From the NCBI RefSeq assembly GCF_006345805.1, contig NC_043013.1, positions 49,786,001 to 49,850,000 on the forward strand: a DNA stretch of 64,000 nt, in the 5' to 3' direction. The translations under genes and the position numbers were made by a program. Each line of letters begins with the position of its first letter. Within the stretch, counting starts at the first letter, position 1. The stretch is from Octopus sinensis (lineage: Eukaryota). Positions 1 to 62,698 of this stretch are shown here, one piece after another. The notes beneath the pieces are model-generated. The model was not told where the DNA came from and ran no database searches. It was given only the letters and a program-made list of their open reading frames with translations.

Positions 1-676
1 CCCAAATTTTCTACTTCTTTTATGTCCAAACCACCAGATCTGGCCTCTCACTCATATCCTACAATGTCATCCTCAATATAAACCATCACATCATCAAATT
101 CTCAGAGCTACAAGATAATGCAGGATTAATTGAAAACAATGTGAATGAAAAAACATATTTGACAGAGTAATCTGGACGCTAAAGGGTTAAAGATGTACTA
201 AACTCTTTCTTTGTTTTCTTACTTGGATTATATACATGTTTGTGTGTATACATACATAATTATACACACACACACACACTCACATCTATTTAAGAATTGG
301 GATTCAAAAATCAAACAGAGCTCACAGTAAGCTCCCCGTCTGGTACATGACTATCAAGAAATGACATAGTTATGGCTGGGATATAGCCACACCACTGTTC
401 TCAAAATCCAGGAATTGCAATGGTGAAGAGTATAAAAATTGACCAGATATACTCTTTTTTTTTTTTTTTGACTCTTTTTACTTGTTTCAGTCACTTGACT
501 GCGGCCATGCTGGAGCACCGCCTTTAATCGAGCAACTCGACCCCGGGACTTATTCTTTGTAAGCCCAGTACTTATTCTATCGGTCTCTTTTAGCCGAACT
601 GCTAAGTGACGGGGACATAAACACACCATCGGTTGTCAAGCGATGTTGGATGGGACAAACACAGACGCACAAACAT

Positions 677-707
<31 letters not shown>

Positions 708-3358
708 TATTTATATATATACGACGGGCTTCTTTCAGTTTCCGACTACCAAATCCACTCACAAGGCTTTGGTTGGCCTGAGGTTGTAGTAGAAGACACT
801 TGCCCAAGGTGCCACGCAGTGGGACTCAACCCGGAACCATGTGGTTGGTAAACAAGCTACTTACCACACAGCCAATGAGAAGTGAAGTGAAAGAATTGAT
901 GCTTATTCTATTAGTTTACAGCTGTTTTGTAATCTCTGTTTGGTACATAAGTGACACTACATCATCCATCACACATATATAAATAAATAAATATACTTAT
1001 GAATTTATACACCCATAAATATAAATGCGTTGTAACATAATGAACAGACTACACTTCAGAACATTTCATAGCAGGTTAAAACATCAGACCCTGCTGTGGA
1101 TAGTAAATTGTTTCATTTTATAGTTAGAGACAATAAATCATCATCATCATCATCATTATCATCGTTTAGCGTCCGCTTTCCATGCTGGCATGGGTTGGAC
1201 GGTGCAACTGGGGTCTGGGAAGCCAGAAGGCTGCACCAGGCCCAGTCTGATCTGGCAATGTTTCTACAGCTGGATGCCCTTCCTAATGCCAACCACTCCG
1301 TGAGTGTAGTGGGTGCTTTTTATGTATTCGGTTATTGTAGAAGACTCTTGCCCAAGGTGGCATGCATTGGTACTGAACCTGAAACGACCTGGTTGGAAAA
1401 CAAGCTTCCTAACCATGCAGCCATGCCTGCATATATTATTCTTGTATCTGGGGCACTACCTTGAATGAATCAACCCTAGCACTTATCTGTTTTAAGTTTA
1501 GTACTTATTCTATTGGTCTTTATTGCCAAACCTCTAAGTTACAGCAGGGACCTTTTTGTCTGCATGTTGTGTATTGAGATTGATTGTTATTTGAAGTCTT
1601 ATGCCCTTTAAGATTTTTGTTTTTCACATTTTTCTATTTTTTTCTGTAACCTTGTCATACATGTATTTATGCACAACTGTCTTTTGCATACATACATACA
1701 TACATATATATATCATCATCATCATCATTTAACGTCCGCTTTCCATGCTGGCATGGGTTGGACGGTTCAACTGGGGTCTGGGAAGCCAGAAGGCTGCACC
1801 AGGCCCAGTCTGATCTGGCAGTGTTTCTACAGCTGGATGCCCTTCCTAACGCCAACCACTCCGTGAGTGTAGTGGGTGCTTTTTATGTGCTACCAGCACA
1901 GGTGCCAGACGAGGCTGGCAAACGGCCACGATCGGATGGTGCTTTTTACGTGCCACCAGCACAGGTGCCAGACGAGGCTGACAAACGGACACGATCGGAT
2001 GATGCTTTTTACGTGCCACCGGCACGGAGGCCAGTCGGGTGGCGCTGGCTACGGCCATGTTCAGATGGTTCTCTTACATGCCACCGGCACTGGTATCACA
2101 GCTACAAATTGCATTGATGTTGATAGATTACGATTTTGATTTCATATATGAATTCTAATTGGTATATTTTGTCATTTTGTTTTCCAGTGTTATGGCAGTG
2201 ATGGTAAATTGGTGCTGCATTATTGCAAAACAGCTGCGTGGGGATAAAATTTGCAATGAAATGATAATTCTTTAACTATTGAACATTTGAATATTCCGAA
2301 AATAGATTCTCGTATCCTTATAAGAAATTATAAAATATCAGACTTTTTTTTGTAAAAATTATTGTAAATATATTTACACTATAATCACTGATGATTTCTC
2401 ATTATTTAACTTATTAAAAAATATATTTTATTTATTTTATTTATTGTGTGTTTGCATTTTAATTCAGATTTGTTTTAAAAAATACACTGTCATCAGCCTA
2501 TTGATGTGCTCTTGTTTATACTCTTTTACTTATTTCAGTCATTTGACTGCAGCCATGCTGGAGCACCGCCTTTAGTCGAGCAAATCGACCCCGGGACTTA
2601 TTCTTTGTAAGCCCAGTACTTATTCTATCGGTCTCTTTTTGCCGAACCGCTAAGTGACAGGGACGTAAACACACCAGCATCGGTTGTCAAGCAATGCTAG
2701 GGAGACAAACACATACATATACATATATATACATATATACAACGGGCTTCTTTTCAGTTTCCGTCTACCAAATCCACTCACAAGGCTTTGGTCAGCCCGA
2801 GGCTATAGCAGAAGACACTTGCCCAAGATGCCACGCAGTGGGACTGAACCCAGAACCATGTGGCTGGTTAGCAAGCTACTTACCACACACTTATTCGAAC
2901 GGTGACTACCAGTCAATATTTCATTCAGATCCTACTGTTTAGTTTATGTATGCATCCAAGTGTGAATCCGGAACCACGTGGTTGGTTAGCAAGCTACTTA
3001 CCACGCAGCCACTCCTGCACCTATGGTGATATGGTCAACATATATTTGTGATGCTTAGTGATATGAGGTTTCTCAACAGTTTCCATTGTATAAAGTTTCA
3101 ATATACTCCTCCGGCAACTCAAGTCATCTGTCTGCTCAGCATCAATCATTCGTTTATATTTTGTTTTGGAACCAACAATATCCTCTGCTCACACCTTTGA
3201 ACAGTAGATGTTTTCCCAATTGAACTGCTGCACTAACATATCATAGATATTGAGGCAAATCTTGCCAGTGACTACAGGTTTTTTAACAACCACTATCTAT
3301 ATATCATTGCCGTACAAACATTCCATTTCTATGGCTAATGTCTTCTTGCTGTACTTAA

Positions 3359-3580
3359 CCCTTTCATTACTGTATTTATTTTGAGATGCTCTGTGTTTCT
3401 TTCAGTTACTTTAAATATAACAAAGAATTTTTGTAAAATAACTTAGTTATCATTAAGCTAGTGTTAGGAACATAAATTGTGACTAAGATTTAGTGGAAGA
3501 TTTTAATTCAAAACTTATGGAAACAAGACATTTAGTACTCAGAGCCAGAGCCGATTTCAGCCGGGTTCGTAATGAAAGGG
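3359..3580. mobile_element. piggyBac-type MITE, family A
   Basis: TTAA|CCCTTT...GAAAGGG|TTAA; other copies at 22737-22955, 54856-55070, 60453-60673. Confidence 0.85.
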
Positions 3581-3922
3581 TTAAGAAGACCTATTCTCCA
3601 CAGCAAAATTGATAAGGTTGCTCCTTCTGAGGAAGAGGTTTGGCCTGCAAGAGCCCTGTGCCAGTGCCACGTAAAACCATTCATGCCAGTGCCATGTTGA
3701 AAGTACCCAGCACGCACTGTAAGATGGTTGGATTAGGAAGGGTATCCAGCTGTAGGAAACCATGCCAAAACAGACTGGGGTCTGGTGTAGCCTTCTGGCT
3801 TGCCAGCCCTGGTCAAACCATCCAACCCATGCCAGCATGGGAAACAAAAGAGGAGGATGTAGTAATAGCAATAGCAGCAGCTGATAAGAAATACAGCCAT
3901 TATAGTAGATTTGAACTGTTAA

Positions 3923-4143
3923 CCCTTTAGTGTTCGCATTATTCTGCCAAAATTAATCCTTTTTTATCCACATTACTTTGAACTAATCATGCATTATCTT
4001 GTAGCTATGAGATTTTGATGAGGTAGCTGTTAATTTTTAAAACGATATTGTAGGGCTGGTGTGAGAGACCAGATCTGGCCAGTTTGAACATAAAACAGGC
4101 AGAATACTTTTGGCCGGATATGGCCGGTTTAAATGCTAAAGGG
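3923..4143. mobile_element. piggyBac-type MITE, family B
   Basis: TTAA|CCCTTTAG...CTAAAGGG|TTAA; other copies at 28041-28261 and partial at 1-190. Confidence 0.85.
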
Positions 4144-4509
4144 TTAAACCAAGCCATTCATACTTGAGTGTTTCGTGTGCAAACAATTCACAATTTCTAA
4201 TTCATGCAAATATCAAAACTGAAAATAATAATTTACTTCATGCAGAGAGGAAAAACAAAGATATTTCACTAAAGGTCCACTATCAGAAGATATCAGTATT
4301 TGTATCAACATTCAATCACATTAATATTGCAAAAAAAAACAACTCACTACAAAACAGTGTATCAGAGAAAATCATGATGTTGTAGGAGAGGAATGTTTGT
4401 ATGGATGATGGTTCGCTTGCACTTAATGATTTTGCAGGGGGAAAAAAGTGAAAAAGTGTTGCTATGAATGGCTGCTGAATGTAGAGATTGCATGGGAGAA
4501 GGAAAGTTT

Positions 4510-4811
4510 GCCTAATGGACCCAACAAAGGAACCGGCTCTCCACACTGACCGTAGCTTGGTAGATAAAGGCTTTCTTCAGGCCTGCAAAAGCCAAATACA
4601 GAGGTGTATACTTGGTTAAATATTTCTCCTGCAGTTGCCTTACCAAGAAGATAGCATCAGTAATGCATTTCCTTGGCACAAAACCAAATTGCATCTCATC
4701 CGGGTTAACTCTCTTCTTAATTATTTGGGTTATAACCCTCTCTGTAACTTTCATGACCTGGTCCAGAAATTTGGTATCTTTGTAACTTAGAGGTTTGGCA
4801 ATATAGACCAA
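4510..4811 (-). mobile_element. RTE LINE RT fragment
   Basis: EMQFGFVPRKCITDAIFLVRQLQEKYL. Confidence 0.8.
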
Positions 4812-4866
4812 TAGAATAAGTACTAAAAAATGACAAAATATACCAATTACAATTCATATATATATG

Positions 4867-5150
4867 GAGGCGCAATGGCCCAGTGGTTAAGGCAACGGAC
4901 TCGCGGTCGCAGGATCGCGGTTTCGATTCCCAGACTGGGCGTTGTGAGTGTTTATTGAGCGAAAACACCTAAAAGCTCCACGAGGCTCCGGCAGGGGGTG
5001 GTGATCCCTGCTGTACCCTTTCACCACTCTTTCTTCTGTTGGCCTGCTCGCTTAGCCAGCGGGGTGGCGTCATTCAAAGGCTAAAACAATGTGAACGCAT
5101 TGTGACCAGCGATGTGTAACAACATCTGATGGTCTGGTCGGTCACATGAT
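4867..5150 (+). mobile_element. SINE with the same tRNA head but a different 3' tail, inserted in (TA)n
   Basis: Head matches 62147-62295; tail is also found alone at 26952-27058 (-). Confidence 0.85.
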
Positions 5151-5159
5151 ATATATATA

Positions 5160-6600
5160 TATGATGAGATGCATTTCAGTTTTGTGCTTTCTTCCAAGTA
5201 AGGCAGCTGCAAGAGAAGCATTTAACCAAAAATAAATCTCTGTACTCAGCTTTTGTTGACATGGAGAAAGCTTTTGACAGGGTCCTGTTGCTTACTCATT
5301 TTATGGTCAGCACAGAAGCTAGAGATAGATGGGTGATTGGTGGGAGCCAAACATGCCATATACAGGGATGCTGACTGTAAGATGAAAGTAATCAGTATAG
5401 CAGTGAATTTAGTGTACATTGTAGGAGTTCACCAAGGGTCAGTTCTCAGCCTCCTCTTCTTTATCATCGTCCTCCAGGCCTTAACAGACTGGTTTCTCTT
5501 GGGAGCTCCTCTGTGCTGATGACCTTGTTCTTGTAGCTCTCTACTAGAATTAGAGAAGAAATTTCAGGTCTGGAACCAAAAAGGGCCTTAGAGCGAATTT
5601 AGCAAAAACCAAAACAGAAAAATTACTTATCTCTTCAGGGAGATGACCCTGCTCACTATGTAGAAAAAGAAATTCTATTAGGGGTACCCAGTTCAAGCTA
5701 TAGACAGATATGAGGTGCAGTAGTATCATAGGAAGGTTAATAGAGAAAGTGGTCTTTGCGTGTACAGACACAATAATCACTAAGAATGTACAGGAAATAG
5801 ATTTTCTCAAATGACTGGCAGTAATCCTTAGAAATAGTAGACAGATCTGTTACCTGGGTGACCAAGTTAGCAGTGGAGGAGGATGCTCTGAGAGAGTAGT
5901 TGCTAAAATAAGAACAGGCTGAGCAAAGTTCAAGGAGCTATTGCCTTTGTTGGTAACAAAGGGCCTCCCTTTTAGAGTAATAGGCAGATTGTATGATGCC
6001 TGTGCTACATGGCAGTGAGACAAAGGTATGACAGAAGAGGTTATGTGAAAGCTTGAAAGAAATGAAGCCAGCCTGCTCCACTGGGTCTGCAATGTCAGTG
6101 TGCGTGTAGGGCAAAAATGGTTTTAAGAGAAAAATTAAGTATAAGAGGCATCGGATGTAGTATGCAAGAAAGAAAGAAAACTACACCAGTGTGGTCATGA
6201 GATATGTATGGTTGAGGACAGTTGCATAAAGACATGCCAATCTCTGATTGTGTGGAGCAGTACTTTTCAAACTTTTTGCTGGAGCGGAACCCCAAGGAAA
6301 CATTCCACTGGCTCGAGGAACCCCTGTGCAATAATTTAATAATCTTATGCACACATATCTGCACAGGAGAATTAAAAATTACTGCCGATTTTAGCAGTTT
6401 TGTAACTTCTTGCGGAACCCCTGGACTGTACTGGCAGAACCCTGGTTGAAAACCACTGGTGTAGGGAACCAATGGAAGAGGCAGAACCAGGAAGACTTGG
6501 GACAAAAATAGTGAGAAATGATCTTCAGATGTTAAGCCTCACAGATCAAGACATCTGGGGATTTGCTGTGCTTGAGAAGACACACCAAGCTGAGTAAAAT
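5160..6600 (+). mobile_element. RTE LINE relic
   Basis: AFVDMEKAFDRV, GVHQGSVLS; interrupted by a hAT MITE. Confidence 0.8.
6258..6458. mobile_element. hAT-type MITE inside an RTE relic
   Basis: cagtacttttcaaac...gttgaaaaccactg ends; imperfect 8-bp TSD gtgtggag/gtgtaggg. Confidence 0.65.
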
Positions 6601-7419
6601 CATGGCCTTACCTACAGGCATCTCCTTTACAACCATCCGTACATATATATATCACGGCCCCCACTTCTAGCTACTCCAATTTCTCTCACCATCACTTACT
6701 ATAGTCACTGCTTTCCCCATCTCTAAGCATCTCCCCTCACACTCTTATGAAACATCCCCCTCTATACTCCCTCCCCCACTACCTTGTGGGTAGGTTCAGA
6801 TGCATTTCAAACACTATTTCTCTTTCCTTCTTTTCTTCCTGGGGTAACCAAATATCTTCCCTATAGTAAGACCCCCTATCTCCATCCCTCTTAACCTCTC
6901 AACCAGCACAAAGCCACCTCCTTCAGAACCATTCCATCTCAGCTGAGGAGATCTTTGTCTTGCAAGTTATTTGGCAACCCCACTGGTGCTGGTGCCACAT
7001 GAAAAGCACCCAGTACACTCTGTAAAGTGGTTGGTATTAAGAAGAGCATCCAGCTGTAGAAACCATGCCAAAGCCAACAGCAGAACCCAGTGCAGTTCTC
7101 TGGCCTTGCCAGCTCCTGTCAAACCATCCAACCTATGCCAGCATGGAACTCCCAGCTCCTATCAAGTGGTCATTCTTCTGGAACATTGTCCTCATCACGT
7201 TTAAGCATTACTCAGTTACTCCAGTTCTCTGATACTCTTAGAAACATCATCTCTTTTACTGGTGTTAGTAAACGATAAAGCTGTAACTACCATAATCAAG
7301 GCAGAATATACCATGATAGCTTTCAAACAATGAACCAGCATGGAAGCCTTTCTTTGATTACTTGAGCTGCTAAAAATTGCAGTGAAGTTTTCTTGAAATT
7401 ACTTGCCTTTTGTTCTTGT

Positions 7420-8665
7420 AGGAATGAAATGTCCGATTTTCTTATGCGCCAAGTTTGACAGTCATCAACTCTAATGTTTTATTCTGGAAATTCTTCGTTT
7501 TACAACATTGAAGAGTCACATCATCAGTTTTCGAAATGCAATTCATGGTGTCTGATTATATTGTGAGTTTTCTCTTGTAAATCAATTATTGTGAACCGAT
7601 GGATAGATAAAAAATGTGTGTTGTTTATGAATATGAATTCCATCGTGGAACCAATGCATCCTAAACAGCTTAAAACATCAATGAGGTGTTTGATGAAGAT
7701 ATGGCGAATGAATACACTGTACGATCATGGTTTAAGAAGTTATGGTCTGATGACTTTTCTCTTGAGAATCAGCCCCATGGCAGACCTGAGACCAGGGTGG
7801 ATAATGATGAGCTGGAAACTATGCTTGAGTTGGCAGCAAAGTTTGATGTTTCAATTCCAAGTGTACTGAACCATCTGAAACAAATCGGCAAAGTAAAGAA
7901 GCTGGACAAGTGGATACTGCACAAACTGAACGAGTATCAAATGACACGTCGTCTTGAAACTTGCTGTTCTTTGCTGTCACAGCATAAAACCAAACCGTTT
8001 TTGCATTGTATTGTTATGTGTGATGAAAAATGGATTCTTTTCAACAATAGCAAGCGTTCTGCATGGTGGTTGGATAGGGACACTGCTAAAACACAATCCA
8101 AAAAAGAATATTCACCAAAAAAAAGCTAATGGTGTCTGTTTGGTGGTCCAGTGCTGGAGTCATCCATTACTTTTTCATGAGACTTGGTAAATCAATTACA
8201 GCAGATGTCTACATCAACCAATTGGATGAAATGATGAGTGAATCTGCAATTAAATAACCGAGATTGGTCAATAGAGACAGGCCAGTTCTCTTGCAAGACA
8301 ATGCTCGACATGTTGCACAAAGAACTTTGCTCAAGTTACAGGAACTGAACTTGGAAGTACTCTGTCATCCACCATATTCACCAGACCTTGCACCAACTGA
8401 CTTACACGTTTTCTAAGCATGAGACAACTTTTAGCAAGTAAAAAACTTCAAATCCGAAGAAGATGCAAAAACAGCCTCTTGTGATTCCATTACCTCTTGC
8501 TCTCCAGAATTCTTTATTGCCAGCATAAGTAAGCTACTGATAAAATGGCAAAATTGTATTGATAACTCAGATGCATACTTTGATTAACTGCATTGCTTTT
8601 TGTTGAGATAAAGTAAAATAAAGTTTCAGTTCAAAATTGGACATTTCATTCTCGATGACCTGATA
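7420..8665 (+). mobile_element. Mariner transposon relic (transposase pseudogene)
   Basis: ORF 7686-8129 with HTH and CDEKW; after a frameshift LLQDNARH and HPPYSPDLAPTD; inverted repeat gaatgaaatgtcc(g/a)atttt at 7422-7440 and 8633-8651; TA at 8664-8665. Confidence 0.9.
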
Positions 8666-9182
8666 TTTTTGATAATGTAGTTTTGGTACAGTATGTCTAG
8701 AAAAACGAAAGCTGGGATAGTTATTACTGGATCACCCAGGTCTGTTCAGTAAGAGCTGACTTCAAGCTTAATATCTACCTTCAAACGTATGAGGTACTAC
8801 ATTAGTATATTGTCTAGTGCCGGTGGCGTAAGAGAACCATCCGAACGTGGCTGTAGCCAGCACCGCCCTGACTGGCCTCCGTGCCAGTGGCACGTAAAAA
8901 GCACCATCCAATTGTGGCCGTTTGCCAGCCTCGTCTGGCACCTGTGCTGGTGGCATGTAAAAAGCACCCACTACACTCACGGAGTGGTTGGCATTTAGGA
9001 AGGGCATCCAGCTGTAGAAACACTGCCAGATCAGACTGGAGCCTGGTGCGGCCTTTTGGCTTCCCAGATCCCAGTTGAACCGTCCAACCTATGCTAGCAT
9101 GGAAAGCGGACGTTAAACGATGATGATGATGATATAGTGAGGTAAGGTAAAGGATAACAAGCATCATGAAAAGGTTCACATC

Positions 9183-9188
9183 TTTATT
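9183..9188 (-). terminator. Polyadenylation signal AATAAA, distal copy
   Basis: Same motif in the duplicated block. Confidence 0.6.
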
Positions 9189-9281
9189 GAACTAACAACT
9201 TGCACAAATAATTTGCATTGATTAATCTTTAACAACAGCAGTATCAATCTCGATAATATTTCATCTAGTTTTATCATCATC

Positions 9282-9452
9282 TTAAGTACTTTTTGATGAT
9301 TCAGTAAGGAAAGGAGAAGGCCAGCGAAGAATTGCACCTTCTTCTCCAACACTTATGACAAATGTTTGATCAGGACTTATCTTCACTCTCTTGATACTAC
9401 CTCCATGGCCAACACCAATATGTGTCACAACACCTTCTTCATACAGCCACAC
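9282..9452 (-). CDS. CFAP52: CFAP52 terminal exon, distal duplicate (same coding sequence)
   Basis: Copy of 10201-10371 shifted by 919 bp, with acceptor, stop and polyA signal retained. Confidence 0.8.
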   Translation of the reverse strand: MWLYEEGVVTHIGVGHGGSIKRVKISPDQTFVISVGEEGAILRWPSPFLTESSKST

Positions 9453-10101
9453 CTGAAATTCAGTAATGAAAGCAAGGATAATAAATGGGTTCCTAATAAA
9501 AGGAAAAGTGAATATAGTTGATTACATTGACTGTTGTAGTTATACATATGTACAATACCTATTTCTTTACTACCCACAAGGGGCTAAACACAGAGAGAAC
9601 AGACAAACAGATTAAGTCAATTATATCGTCCCCTGTGCGTAACTGGTACTTAATTTATCGACCCCGAAAGGATGAAAGGCAAAGTCGACCTCGGCAGAAT
9701 TTGAAATCAGAATGTAGCAGCAGACAAAAGCATTTCGCCCGGCGTGCTAACGTTTCTACATATGTACAATACCAACGTCGCTTCACTGGCACGTGTAAAA
9801 AGATTCGAGCGAGGTCATTGCCAGTACCACCTGACTGGCCCTTGTGCCGGTGGCACATAAAAAGCACCACTACACTCTTGGAGTGGTTGGCGCTAGGAAG
9901 GGCATCCAGCATTAGAAGGGCATCCAGCTGTAGAAACACTGCCAGATCAGATTGGAGCCTGGTGCAGCCTTTTGGCTTCTCAGACCCCAGTTGAACCGTC
10001 CAACCCATGCCAGCATGGAAAGCGGACGTTAAACGATGATGATGATGATGATATAGTGAGGTAAGGTAAAGGATAACAAGCATCATGAAAAGGTTCACAT
10101 C

Positions 10102-10107
10102 TTTATT
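10102..10107 (-). terminator. Polyadenylation signal AATAAA, proximal copy
   Basis: tttatt on + strand about 94 nt downstream of the stop codon. Confidence 0.65.
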
Positions 10108-10200
10108 GAACTAACAACTTGCACAAATAATTTGCATTGATTAATCTTTAACAACAGCAGTATCAATCTCGATAATATTTCATCTAGTTTTATCATCATC

Positions 10201-59573
<49,373 letters not shown>

Positions 59574-59927
59574 CTATAAACAAACAAAAAGAATAAATAA
59601 GACATTGAAATAAAAAATAAAAAAACAGGGGTCAGTAGAGGAAGTAAGTGTATATTTAGATGAAAGTAAATGAAGGAATGATGAAGACAGAGGTTAACTA
59701 GAATTGATGCAGATGGAGTTGAATTGGGAGTTAGAAAAGTGGGGATAAGGGAAAATTTGTGGTTAGCTAATTAAGTTAAGGACTGAACTGAAAACTCTCA
59801 AAGAGTGAGAGAGTCCGGAAGTGAACACTATTAAATTTACATCTAATATAGGATAAAATTTTTGGAAAAAAAATTCTATCAATGGCCAGCATATTAAAAA
59901 ATACCTTTAAAGGTTAAATTTATAAAC

Positions 59928-60021
59928 AACTTATAAACAAGGGCAAAAGAAAAAGAATTCTAATGCCAAATATGCCGAAACTAGACAAATCGTCCATAAC
60001 CATATAATTCATCACTATAAG

Positions 60022-60096
<75 letters not shown>

Positions 60097-60392
60097 ACAA
60101 ATGATGGAGATGGAAAATGGAATATACAAGAAACTTTATTGCTCACAATGATCATTTCAATGCATTTTGCATCAACCTCTCATGGGTGGGATACTATACA
60201 ACTGGTTGTGGTACAACAGTGACATTGTGTTTAAGCCATTAGGCTTAAACATACTTCACTAGCAGCATATTGTATTAAAAGCTAAGTATGAGACACATAC
60301 TTATAGTGATGAATTATATGGTTATGGACGATATGTCTAGTTTCGACATATTTGGCATTAGAAATTTTTTCTTTTGCCCTTGTTTATAAGTT
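59928..60392. repeat. Inverted repeat with about 95-bp arms and a (TA)n-containing spacer
   Basis: 59928-60022 vs 60299-60392, few mismatches. Confidence 0.88.
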
Positions 60393-60452
60393 AAGAATTG
60401 ATGTAGAGAAAACTCACAGATTAGAGACAAGTGGAATTCTAAACCAATTTAA

Positions 60453-60673
60453 CCCTTTCGTTACTGTATTTATTTTGGGATGCTCTATGTTTCTCTCAAT
60501 TATTTTAGATATAACAAAGAATTTAGTAAAATAACTTAGTTATCATTAAGCTAGTGTTAGGAACATAAATTGTGACTAAGGTTTGGTGGAAGATTTTAAT
60601 TCAGAACTTATGAAAACAAGACATTTGTACTACAGAGCCAGAGGCGGTTTCAGCCAGGTTGGTAACGAAAGGG
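60453..60673. mobile_element. piggyBac-type MITE, family A
   Basis: TTAA TSD, aaccctttcgttac/gtaacgaaagggtt ends. Confidence 0.85.
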
Positions 60674-61249
60674 TTAACAGTACAAAAAACTGTGATGTTA
60701 GTGGTGGTGATAGTGGTGGCAGTGGTAACAACAATGACACTGGGAGTTTTGGTGATAGTGCTGAAATTGCTTGTACTGTTTGGAAGAATGACGGTAATGG
60801 TAGAGATATTGGTGTTGAAGATATTAATGATGAAAATTTATTGCAAATGTTGTTGACTGCCTCTATGTTTCATTATTGTTTTTTTGGGGTTTTTTCTCTT
60901 CTCCAACACTTTCTTTATGAGTAATCTGTGTCGGATATATCGTACCAAAGTATTAGCTTGTCAAGAAAGTTCTTGCGGAATTTTAAATTTTGGTTTTAAA
61001 TGATGTATTTTCAAATTAATTTTCGTTTGACTTTATATATCATTTCCCATCTTGTGTTTGCTTGCATTGTTCACATTTGCCATCTTCCATGATTTATCCT
61101 TTCCCCACACGCTTTCTGTCTCTGCTCCTCCTTATGTAGCATCGGCATTCACCTGTTTCATTGCCTACACTTTAACTCTCTGCCTGTTCAACCTTTTCAC
61201 TCCTTTCGGTCTGGGGGAGGGTAATATAGGCAACGCTAATTGAAACAGA

Positions 61250-61647
61250 GGATCTTTTCGGTTTGAACGGCAGTTTTTTCTAGCGGTGTCATATGAAATT
61301 GTCACCCATAATTATGACCCTAGTATCGATCTATTGCATTTCAATCTGTTTTAGGGTTAGGGTATCTTTTTTTCTTCACAAATGTAAATAAACTCAATCT
61401 ATTTCTTAAAAAAGGGGCATAATCATACGGCACAGAATGTTTTTTACCTCAATAGACGTCACTGATTGGTTGAAATTGCAGAAATTGAAGAAAAAAAACA
61501 ACAAATATCTTACAAACTATAGAATTTTCTCAATAAAGCCAAGAGAAAAAGATGTTTTATAAACACATTCTACCAGTATACGAAGTTTAAAATTTTTTAG
61601 TTACGTGGAAATTATGTTAAAAACTGCTGTTCAAACCATAAAGATAC
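61250..61647. mobile_element. Unclassified TIR element (about 28-bp TIR) with a short internal TTAGGG tract
   Basis: ggatcttttcggtttgaacggcagtttt / aaaactgctgttcaaaccataaagatac. Confidence 0.6.
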
Positions 61648-62144
61648 GAAAAGATTCACAAGCCCACAGAATACTCATTGAGAGTCAACGACAGTTATCT
61701 CGCCCGATCGAACAATCTAGAATATTCCAGAATATTCAAAGCGAACATGATTAACTCCACCTTTGTTAATGTATTACGCATAACTTCAAAATAACATGCA
61801 GGAGGTCACTAGTAACACATCATTTATTTAAGCAGTATTCCCACTTAAATCAGCCTCTCTTCTCCACTTCTTCTTCTTCGAGGGACAACAAAAGGCCCAC
61901 TGCGACCTAGAGAGAGCCAGGCACATGAATTTGATACTTGATTTCCTACCAATAGTTCATCATGGTATTCTACGTCATAATAGAGCTGCTGCATTTTGTT
62001 GGTACCACCGTAAGTTTGGTACACAAGTGCATGAGTGTTTTCAACCATGCCTGTTTTGTTCAGTCGACCAAGCACTGGGAAATGGTGAAGCCAGGGACTA
62101 AGGGCAACTATATCTCCTGATATTCCTTCAATAAGTCATGTACT

Positions 62145-62528
62145 GTGGAGGCGCAATGGCCCAGTGGTTAGGGCAGCGGACTCGCGGTCATAGGATCGCG
62201 GTTTCGATTCCCAGACCGGGCGTTGTGAGGGTTTATTGAGCGAAAACACCTAAAAGCTCCACGAGGCTCCGGCAGGGGATGGTGGTGATCCCTGGTGTAC
62301 TCTTTCACCACAACTTTCTCTCACTCTTACTTCCTGTTTCTGTTGTACCTGTATTTCAAAGGGCCGGCCTTGTCACTCTCTGTGTCACGCTGAATATCCC
62401 CGAGAACTACGTTAAGGGTACACGTGTCTGTGGAGTGCTCAGCCACTTACACGTTAATTTCACGAGCAGGCTGTTCCGTTGATCGAATCAACCGGAACCC
62501 TCGTCGTTGTAACCGACGGAGTGCTTCC
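62145..62528 (+). mobile_element. tRNA(Arg-like)-derived SINE, full length, 12-bp TSD aagtcatgtact
   Basis: A box TGGCCCAGTGG, B-box-like GGTTTCGATTCC; TSD at 62133-62144 and 62529-62540. Confidence 0.9.
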
Positions 62529-62698
62529 AAGTCATGTACTTTATGTTTTTGACATAATATTGTTTCCTTGTGGATACTGGTGCAGCATTAGGCTAAGCCT
62601 GTCACATTTCTATATGAATCATGGAAACTGACAAGGGTTAAATTAAAAGCTGTTAACCATTCTCCGATACCCACATATGATGAAAAATCCATGACTAT

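Noticed and set aside
61845-62075. 76-aa minus-strand ORF
   Set aside because: No recognisable domain or splice context.
62670-62692. MDFSSYV(G)|gtatc as CFAP52 exon 1
   Set aside because: Phase fits, but there is no homology, the donor is weak, and it abuts a SINE head.
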